A model generated the notes under the pieces. The model had not been told where the DNA came from, made no database searches, and saw only the letters and a program-made list of their open reading frames with translations. From assembly GCA_041665625.1 (NCBI GenBank), contig JBAYIK010000003.1, forward strand, positions 2,967 to 66,966: a stretch of 64,000 bases of DNA, read 5' to 3'. This stretch comes from Minisyncoccota bacterium (lineage in GTDB: Bacteria; Patescibacteriota; Minisyncoccia; Phycocordibacterales; XYD1-FULL-46-19). Shown piece after piece: positions 57,867 to 64,000 of the stretch. The translations under genes and the position numbers were made by a program. Within the stretch, counting starts at the first letter, position 1; the number at the start of each line of letters is the position of its first letter.

Positions 57867-58283
57867 ATGACAAAAATAAAAAACAAAGAAGGTCGTGCCA
57901 AGTACGTCCTTGTTATTATTGCAATATTAATTGTTCTGGCTGTTCTTTTGACCCTGGTGAAGCTTAATTCAAACCTTATTGGCAAGGGGCTAGCTGCTGT
58001 TGGGCTTGCTTCGACCTCAGAAAGCGTCGCTCCGGTTTTAGAACAAACGGGGGTCGTCACACAGGTTGCGCCTGGCGCCTCCGTGACTTTTCGTGGTTCT
58101 GATTTAACCCCTAATGTCTTCATTATGGGGGCGACTTATCCGGTTCTCTCCCCGACGGTAAGCGAAGGGAATAAGGAGGTTAGTTTCCAGGTTGATCCAC
58201 GAGAAAAGGTGGGGAATTACGAAGTCTATGTAATCAATACTGCTGGGGTTAGCAATACTTTACCATTAGCCATCACGGAGTAA
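57867..58283 (+). CDS. Membrane-anchored protein with one IPT/Ig-like domain
   Basis: N-terminal TM helix; PGASVTFRGSDL...VGNYEVYVIN..GVSNTLP resembles the repeats in 37618..39267. Confidence 0.7.
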   Translation: MTKIKNKEGRAKYVLVIIAILIVLAVLLTLVKLNSNLIGKGLAAVGLASTSESVAPVLEQTGVVTQVAPGASVTFRGSDLTPNVFIMGATYPVLSPTVSEGNKEVSFQVDPREKVGNYEVYVINTAGVSNTLPLAITE

Positions 58284-58289
58284 AATATT

Positions 58290-58328
58290 AAAAACAAAAA
58301 CCCCGCTAGGCAGCGGGGTTTTTGTTTT
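58290..58328. terminator. Bidirectional terminator
   Basis: AAAACAAAAACCCCGCT / AGCGGGGTTTTTGTTTT between convergent genes. Confidence 0.8.
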
Positions 58329-58344
58329 GATTAAAATTTGAAGT

Positions 58345-58692
58345 TTAAGCTTTGGCTTCTTTGACAATAGTTTCGAAGGCCTTGGCTTCGGTGGCAGCGA
58401 GCTCGGAGAGCATCTTGCGGTTTAAGGCAATATTTTTCTTCTTGAGCATGCCGATGAATTTGCTGTAGGAAAGTTCAAAGGGGGCGAGGCCAGCGGAGAG
58501 GCGAGTCTGCCAGAGAGCACGGAAATCAGCTTTCTTATTGCGACGATGGGCGAAGGAGTAGACTCCGGCTTTAACCAAGGCTACCTTGGCCTCACGTTCT
58601 TTCTTGCTACGGCCGAATCTAAAGCCTTTGGCGTCTCCTAAGACGTTGCGGCGGTGCTTCATTGAAATTGTCCCTCTTTTTACTCTACTCAT
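58345..58692 (-). CDS. rplT: 50S ribosomal protein L20
   Basis: MSRVKRG, FRALW..R, SYSKFI, LNRKMLSELA. Confidence 0.98.
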   Translation of the reverse strand: MSRVKRGTISMKHRRNVLGDAKGFRFGRSKKEREAKVALVKAGVYSFAHRRNKKADFRALWQTRLSAGLAPFELSYSKFIGMLKKKNIALNRKMLSELAATEAKAFETIVKEAKA

Positions 58693-58698
58693 ATATTT

Positions 58699-58884
58699 TT
58701 ATTTAGTTGGGAAATAACGACCCAAGTCCTTATTCTTCATGGTAATAACCCTTCCGCGCTTGTGGTTCATCTGGGTGGAGCGGCTTTCTTTGGCGTTGAA
58801 GTGGTTTTGGCCGGAGGCACGAACCAAGAGTTTGCCATTTTTGGTGATCTTGATTCTTTTGGCTAAAGATTTGTTGGTTTTCAT
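58699..58884 (-). CDS. rpmI: 50S ribosomal protein L35
   Basis: MKTNKSLAKRIKITKNGK; lies between infC and rplT. Confidence 0.93.
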   Translation of the reverse strand: MKTNKSLAKRIKITKNGKLLVRASGQNHFNAKESRSTQMNHKRGRVITMKNKDLGRYFPTK

Positions 58885-58963
58885 AATATAAATCCCGTTA
58901 AACGGGACTCATATAGCTTACTATAAAGGGCTTGTTTTGTCTACCCCACTAAGCGGGGCAAGG

Positions 58964-59473
58964 CTATTTGGCCCGTTCGATGATAACGGTCATGCCCTTG
59001 GGGCTCTTTTGAGGAGCTGAGGCAATCTTATAGTTCTCGCTGACGAGGGTGAGGATGCGGTCTAGCCGTTCTTTAAGGAAATTAGGGTCCAAATACTTGG
59101 CCCGTCCAGGAAGGAAGAGGTCAATCTTGACCCGATGCCCTTCTTTGAGGAATTGAGAGGCTTTCTTGGCCTTAAGCTCTAGATCGTGTTCACCTGTCCC
59201 AATCTTAACCTGTAAGTTTTTGGTTTCACCACCAGTTGGCCCTTTAGCTTGCTTTTGTTTCTTTTGCTCCAGATATTGGTATTTGCCGAAATCCATGATC
59301 TTGGCCACAGGGGGAATGGCATTGGGGGAGACCTCAATTAAGTCCATATCCATCTCATGAGCCTTATCTAGAGCGTCTCCAAAGGATAAGACGCCGAGGT
59401 TCTCGCCCTCTTCGTCTATAACACGGAGTTCCTTGGCACGGATCTGATTGTTGATGCGGATAGGAGTAAACAA
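58964..59473 (-). CDS. infC: Translation initiation factor IF-3 (non-ATG start)
   Basis: RINNQIRAKELRVI, DLIEVSPNAIPPVAKIMDFGKY, HDL..K, FLKEGHRVK. Confidence 0.96.
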   Translation of the reverse strand: MFTPIRINNQIRAKELRVIDEEGENLGVLSFGDALDKAHEMDMDLIEVSPNAIPPVAKIMDFGKYQYLEQKKQKQAKGPTGGETKNLQVKIGTGEHDLELKAKKASQFLKEGHRVKIDLFLPGRAKYLDPNFLKERLDRILTLVSENYKIASAPQKSPKGMTVIIERAK

Positions 59474-59530
59474 GTTATTATTACTGCTAAATCATACCAG
59501 AATGTGCTAATATAAGCAATATCAACAGAT

Positions 59531-59989
59531 ATGGCCAATTTAATCGAAAACAAAAAAGCTGGTTTGAATTATGAGTGGCTCGAGACCTTTGAGACGGGAA
59601 TTGAGCTTTTTGGCGGCGAGGTTAAGTCACTTAAGGCCAAGCAGGGTTCACTGGAGGGCGCGCGAGTGCTTATCCGTGGGGGTGAGGCTTATGTTGTGGG
59701 TATCTTTATTCCTCCCTACCAAATCAATAATCTTAAGGCTGTCGCTTATGATCCTTACCGTACTCGTCGTTTACTACTAAAGAAGAGCGAACTTAAGGAA
59801 TTGGCCGAGAAGGGGGATCAGAAGGGTTTGACAATAGTGCCACTTTCGGTGTATAATAAAGGAAGGTTCCTGAAAGTAAAAATTGCCCTTGTTCGTGGTA
59901 AGAAGAAGTATGACAAGCGTGAGGATCTTAAGAAGAAGGAATCTAAAAGAGATGTCGCAAGAGATCTCAAGAGTTCGTTGACAAGATAA
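59531..59989 (+). CDS. smpB: SsrA-binding protein
   Basis: NKKA..NY, ETGIEL.G.EVKS, RRLLL, TIVPL, RGKKKYDKRE. Confidence 0.97.
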   Translation: MANLIENKKAGLNYEWLETFETGIELFGGEVKSLKAKQGSLEGARVLIRGGEAYVVGIFIPPYQINNLKAVAYDPYRTRRLLLKKSELKELAEKGDQKGLTIVPLSVYNKGRFLKVKIALVRGKKKYDKREDLKKKESKRDVARDLKSSLTR

Positions 59990-59993
59990 AAAT

Positions 59994-60390
59994 GGGTATG
60001 TAACGGTATCGACAGGTAGTTTGTCGTTAGCTGTGTATGTGGAGATGTCGACTTCCTCCTTAAATTGTCGGCAAAAACGTTAAATGCCAACGCATCTAAC
60101 AAGGGACTTGTGGCTTCGCCATATTTCTCTCCAGCCTTCGCTTTAGCCTAGTGCTGGTGTTCGTTTGAATCGCAGTCTGGATGACTCAAACGGGCATAAT
60201 AAATTCTGGACTAGCAAGTGGAAATTTCTCGGTCCACAAGCAAAACTAAGAGAATCGACTACTTAAGCTCTTGGTTATTTCTGACTTAAGTAATTTAAAA
60301 TTATCTTCGGATAATCTGAATTAACCTAAACATATAGATTCGCTAGGGATTGCTATTTGCACGGGAGTTCGACTCTCCCCATATCCACCA
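59994..60390 (+). ncRNA. ssrA: tmRNA
   Basis: 5' GGGTATG pairs with 3' CATATCC-ACCA (G3:U alanine identity pair); GGTATCGAC; T-arm GGGAGTTCGACTCTCC; tag ORF 60086-60151 ANASNKGLVASPYFSPAFALA*; directly after smpB. Confidence 0.95.
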
Positions 60391-60534
60391 CTTCGCTCCT
60401 CGCTAAACGCTCGGAGCTTCGCGGTGCGCGCACTACGAAAAAACAAGAAAATACGAAGCAGGCCACAAGCGAAGGGGTGCCCCGCAGAGTTATTGCTTTG
60501 CAATAACGACGTGGGGCGGTGCTATAATATAAAA

Positions 60535-60774
60535 ATGTACTACGTTTATATTTTAAAAAGCCAAATAGACGGCAGTAAATATATTGGCGCTACTACTGAT
60601 TTGAAGCAAAGGCTTGAACAGCATAATTGGAAAGAAACCAAATCCAATAAAACTAAAGCTCCTTTTGTTGTTGTTTGGTATTGCGGTTTTATAAAAAAAG
60701 AAAAAGCTTATGATTTTGAAAAATACCTAAAGAGCTCCTCTGGCTTTGCTTTTACCAACAAGCATTTACTATAA
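60535..60774 (+). CDS. Stand-alone GIY-YIG nuclease (YhbQ/UPF0213-like), 79 aa
   Basis: MYYVYILKS...KYIGATTDLKQRLEQHN...A..FEKYLKS; ATG just after TGCTATAAT. Confidence 0.9.
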   Translation: MYYVYILKSQIDGSKYIGATTDLKQRLEQHNWKETKSNKTKAPFVVVWYCGFIKKEKAYDFEKYLKSSSGFAFTNKHLL

Positions 60775-60782
60775 TAATTATT

Positions 60783-61544
60783 ATGTTATCCGACATTGCT
60801 CAATATAATTTAGACAAAGATAAAAACGTCTTAGGCAAGGACTGGCTTCTTACTTATGGAGGTTATTTTTCTGATGAAGAAAATATTGCTATGTTTATTA
60901 AGTCGGTTGAATCTTTTTTGCCTGATCGGGAACTTAATATCTTGTACGTCGCTTCGGCCTCTGGCTTGTTGGGAGAGAGATTGATTGAGAATTTGGACCG
61001 TGGGAAATTGACGATTGTTGATATTTCTCAAAAACATTTGGCTGAAAATAAAAATCCACAGACCAAGAAAATTTGTGCCGATTTGTTGTCTCTTGATCTT
61101 GGCCAGAAGTTCGACCTTATACTTATGCGTAGTTCTCTCGATTATTTTCCGTCTCGGGACTTGCAAGTAAAAGTCCTTAAGAATATTAAAAATCATTTGA
61201 AACCAGAGGGTATTTTTATAAATCAACCGGCCTATGTCCCAAACACAGAGGATAGAGATATTTTGAGCCGGGCCTATAATATTACTGACAAGATTGGCCA
61301 ACGCTTTTTTCAATCAACAGACATTGGCGAAATTTATAAGGAAGCGGGGTTTGAAGAACCTAAGAGAATAGGGGAAGGTAAACTGATGGTTTTGACGGAA
61401 GAAGATCAAATTGAGAGATATGGTTTAGAGGGCAATGATATTAAGGAAATTCAAACTGTTCTTAAGAAAGCCCAAAATAGTGGCCAAGTGACTGAGTCTG
61501 GCTATACCCTTCGATTCGAATTCCCTATATTTTTGTCCCGGTAA
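60783..61544 (+). CDS. Class I SAM-dependent methyltransferase
   Basis: ILYVASASG, IVDIS, ADLL, FDLILMR, LKPEGIFI. Confidence 0.8.
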   Translation: MLSDIAQYNLDKDKNVLGKDWLLTYGGYFSDEENIAMFIKSVESFLPDRELNILYVASASGLLGERLIENLDRGKLTIVDISQKHLAENKNPQTKKICADLLSLDLGQKFDLILMRSSLDYFPSRDLQVKVLKNIKNHLKPEGIFINQPAYVPNTEDRDILSRAYNITDKIGQRFFQSTDIGEIYKEAGFEEPKRIGEGKLMVLTEEDQIERYGLEGNDIKEIQTVLKKAQNSGQVTESGYTLRFEFPIFLSR

Positions 61545-61667
61545 TTAACTGAGTCAATTTAATTGGCCCACTTTGGTGGGTTTTTCTTGTGCTTGACTCT
61601 TTTCCATCATTTGCTAAGATTTTCTTCAGATCTCATGTCCCAACCTTAAGCGGAAGGAAGAGCGCAC

Positions 61668-61961
61668 ATGACTGTCCTGTTCATTTTGCACACGTTCGTT
61701 CTCCCTCCCTTTGGGTGGGGTGAGCGGATGCCGGTTGAGCCGATTATGTCGCCTTGGCCCGCTCTTTTTAAGAGCACGGCGACCATCATTATGTTCTGCC
61801 ACCGAGGTTTGCCGAGAGCCTCGATGGTTAACCCTTCTCGGACTATGTTCGAACTGCGAGCCCATGGCTTGCGGATAAGAAGCCCGACGACATGCAGCCT
61901 ATCCTCTGACGGGGATGGGCTGTTTTCTTTTTCTATTGCCCCCAGACACAACCAGCTTTGA
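61668..61961 (+). CDS. Hypothetical protein (doubtful)
   Basis: Preceded by TTGACT-N16-TAAGAT and GGAAGGAAG; overlaps the 3' end of the convergent gene; no recognised motif. Confidence 0.3.
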   Translation: MTVLFILHTFVLPPFGWGERMPVEPIMSPWPALFKSTATIIMFCHRGLPRASMVNPSRTMFELRAHGLRIRSPTTCSLSSDGDGLFSFSIAPRHNQL

Positions 61962-63648
61962 TTCCTGAGAGGGAAGCTAGTTGCTGACACAAACCTTCTA
62001 AACTGCTTTTCTTTTTGAAGACATGGTCTTCTCCGGCATATTTTACAAGAGACATTTGCTTGCCTTTGAGATTAAATATCTTGGCTAGATAATCTGCTTG
62101 GCTTGATGGGACAGTATTATCATTACTGGCCTGAGCCACAATGATCTTTTGGCCCTTTAGATTCTTCACTCGATCAGCAATGTCCGCTTGGTAATAAAGA
62201 TTACTGTTTTCTTCTCCGAGAAGCCCTTTAAATTGTACATTGAAAATGGAGTTTTCTAGTCTATCAAGCAAAACAAACCAATCAGTTACGCCGTTGATGG
62301 ATAAGACACCAGCAATTTTTTTAGAGGCTTGTGGATCAACGATAGTGCGCAAGGCGAGATAGCCACCGTAACTATTGCCAACAAGATAAGTATTGGAGAT
62401 TTTGTAGAATTTCTTTAGCTCAGTTTGAGCATTTAGAACATCAGTGACGTCGCCTTTACCAACTTGGCCGGTAATACTCTCGGCAAAACTTCGGCCATAA
62501 CCATAGGAGCCGCGATAATCGAGTTTGAGGACAAGAGCCCCGTTCTTAGCTAGTTCCCCAAGCATCCAATCATAAACAGCGTAGCCTAAGTAAGAATGAT
62601 AGCCTAAAGCGGCTTGGCGATATGGTCCGCCATGAAGCCAGATGATGAGAGGGTATTTCTTTTCCGCAGAATAATTACTTGGTTTTAGAAGAACACCACC
62701 GAGTTTGCCTAGGGTAACTTCTTTTTCTGTGTAGCCGGTTGTCTTAGGATTAGCCGAGAGAGCGGGGAAGTGGCTTATCGCTGAAGTCTCTGGATCAAGA
62801 AGAGCGGGGATACTTGAATTATTGATTACTTGCATGAATAATAATTTTTTATCTTCTCCCGAGCTTACCAAACGCATTTTTTGGTTATAAGATACATTAT
62901 CTGCCATCTTCTTAAGATCCTTGGTTATTAAGTTGTAGCGATAAAGTGACCAAGTATGCTTGCTCTCACGATTGGCCGAAAAATAGATAACCTCATCATT
63001 TAAAAAGATAAAATCGGCTACCGAGTATTTTTTTAGAATAACTTGTTGGCCGGGCAATCTCCCGCCTTTTGGGGGTGTGCCGGTGAGATAAACAAGGTAA
63101 GGAACAGAGTATCCATTCTTGTCATCGAGATACATTAATTTATCGCCACTAGGTGAGAAATTAAAAATTCTTAGCTCTTCAGACAAGAGGTCCCAATAAT
63201 TAACTTTACCAGTGAGTTCATAAGCTTTATTTTTTACCCCGTCTATCAAATTGATGAGAACGAATTTACGGATTTTTTCTTTGTTGGCCAGAGCGGCATC
63301 ATAATAGACAAGCCATTTCTCATCTGGAGACAGAAGCACTCGGGTAGCGTTGGTCCGGTCGAATTTAACATTTTTTATTTTAATATCTTGGTCGTCATGA
63401 TTGGTAAAAGATTCTGACACAACTGGGGGTGTTGTTGAGCCAACGTTCTCGCAAGAGAGGTTCGCCAGTTGGCAGATAAAGATGTTGGTTTTTTCTAGGC
63501 CTCCCGAACGGAAGAGGACTTGCCCGTCTTTATCGCTAACAATGGTGGTATATTTTAATTCAGTGGCGAAAACCTGAGAACTTAGAATAAAAAAACTTAG
63601 GGTTATTAATGAAAAGAATGCGAATTTTTTTAGATTATTTATCAACAT
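61933..63648 (-). CDS. Secreted S9 family serine peptidase (beta-propeller plus alpha/beta hydrolase)
   Basis: Signal peptide; PLIIWLHGGP, DYRGSYGYG, GNSYGG, DNTVP, EDHVF. Confidence 0.92.
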   Translation of the reverse strand: MLINNLKKFAFFSLITLSFFILSSQVFATELKYTTIVSDKDGQVLFRSGGLEKTNIFICQLANLSCENVGSTTPPVVSESFTNHDDQDIKIKNVKFDRTNATRVLLSPDEKWLVYYDAALANKEKIRKFVLINLIDGVKNKAYELTGKVNYWDLLSEELRIFNFSPSGDKLMYLDDKNGYSVPYLVYLTGTPPKGGRLPGQQVILKKYSVADFIFLNDEVIYFSANRESKHTWSLYRYNLITKDLKKMADNVSYNQKMRLVSSGEDKKLLFMQVINNSSIPALLDPETSAISHFPALSANPKTTGYTEKEVTLGKLGGVLLKPSNYSAEKKYPLIIWLHGGPYRQAALGYHSYLGYAVYDWMLGELAKNGALVLKLDYRGSYGYGRSFAESITGQVGKGDVTDVLNAQTELKKFYKISNTYLVGNSYGGYLALRTIVDPQASKKIAGVLSINGVTDWFVLLDRLENSIFNVQFKGLLGEENSNLYYQADIADRVKNLKGQKIIVAQASNDNTVPSSQADYLAKIFNLKGKQMSLVKYAGEDHVFKKKSSLEGLCQQLASLSGIKAGCVWGQ

Positions 63649-63787
63649 ATTTATATTTTAGCATACTTGTAAAAATTCGGGATGGGTCTATCATTAAATC
63701 AGATCCCCGTAGTTTCCTTGCTTAGGCTCATGCCTTTCTGGGAAGGGGAAAGGGTTGTTGTTTGAAACACTCTGGAGGACCCGTATT

Positions 63788-64000
63788 ATGAAACGAGTAT
63801 GTTGTGTTGCGTTTGTCGGCTTGGCCATGTTGTTCGGGATTGCTTTCGCCGGACTCACTGCCGTTACACCGACCACCTGCCCGGCGGCTGCGATAGTCGC
63901 CACTTCCGCCCTGACGGCCACCCCGGTCGTCATCCCTGCCATCGCGATGTCCCAGACGCTCGTTGCCATTTCGCCGGCAGCGCTCGTCACCCATTCGGCC
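63788..64000 (+). CDS. Hypothetical exported Ala/Thr-rich protein (partial, runs off window end)
   Basis: GGAGG 9 nt upstream; MKRVCCVAFVGLAMLFGIAFAGLTAVTPTTCPAAAIVAT... open to the window end; higher GC than neighbours. Confidence 0.55.
   Translation, partial: MKRVCCVAFVGLAMLFGIAFAGLTAVTPTTCPAAAIVATSALTATPVVIPAIAMSQTLVAISPAALVTHSA

Noticed and set aside
61651-61667. SRP RNA-like CGGAAGGAAGAGC
   Set aside because: Lacks the upstream CAGG partner and the long flanking stem of SRP helix 8; more likely a purine-rich ribosome-binding region
63694-63994. Two minus-strand ORFs at the window end
   Set aside because: The plus-strand frame from 63788 has a GGAGG site and a signal peptide; the minus-strand ORFs are its shadows

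Overview
Housekeeping-rich window from a reduced-genome bacterium using genetic code 11. It is very probably a Patescibacteria/CPR member (Parcubacteria-like): rpmD/L30 is missing between rpsE and rplO, leaders are mostly AT-rich without Shine-Dalgarno sites, and there is a type IV pilus cluster, a split comEC and several large secreted surface proteins. In order it contains: partial nusA; three large paralogous secreted adhesin-like proteins plus two small repeat membrane proteins; pilB-pilC-three minor pilins; tpiA-pgk; HIT; recJ; speD-like; cysteine hydrolase-nadE-rnhA-comEC-comEC MBL (internal stop); rpmB; an M50 protease; the str/S10/spc ribosomal superoperon, interrupted four times by non-ribosomal genes (three are peptidoglycan-binding surface proteins); adk-map-ndk; beta-CASP and LOG genes; infC-rpmI-rplT; smpB-tmRNA; a GIY-YIG nuclease; a methyltransferase; and an S9 peptidase. 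The most notable unannotated signals are: (1) miniature inverted-repeat elements with CCCC...GGGG ends and 4-bp TNNA target duplications that land where they appear to do no harm, one inside a cleaved prepilin leader (regenerating G|FTLVE) and one on a start codon (regenerating GTG); (2) a second palindrome family with a conserved loop, sitting in frame in comEC three times and once between genes; (3) a promoter- and terminator-bounded rod-shaped RNA after ndk with 6S-RNA-like architecture; (4) a repeated terminator module at the operon interruption points; (5) a structured element with a GIY-YIG gene abutting the tmRNA CCA end. All coordinates and pairings were read by eye; no searches or folding programs were run.
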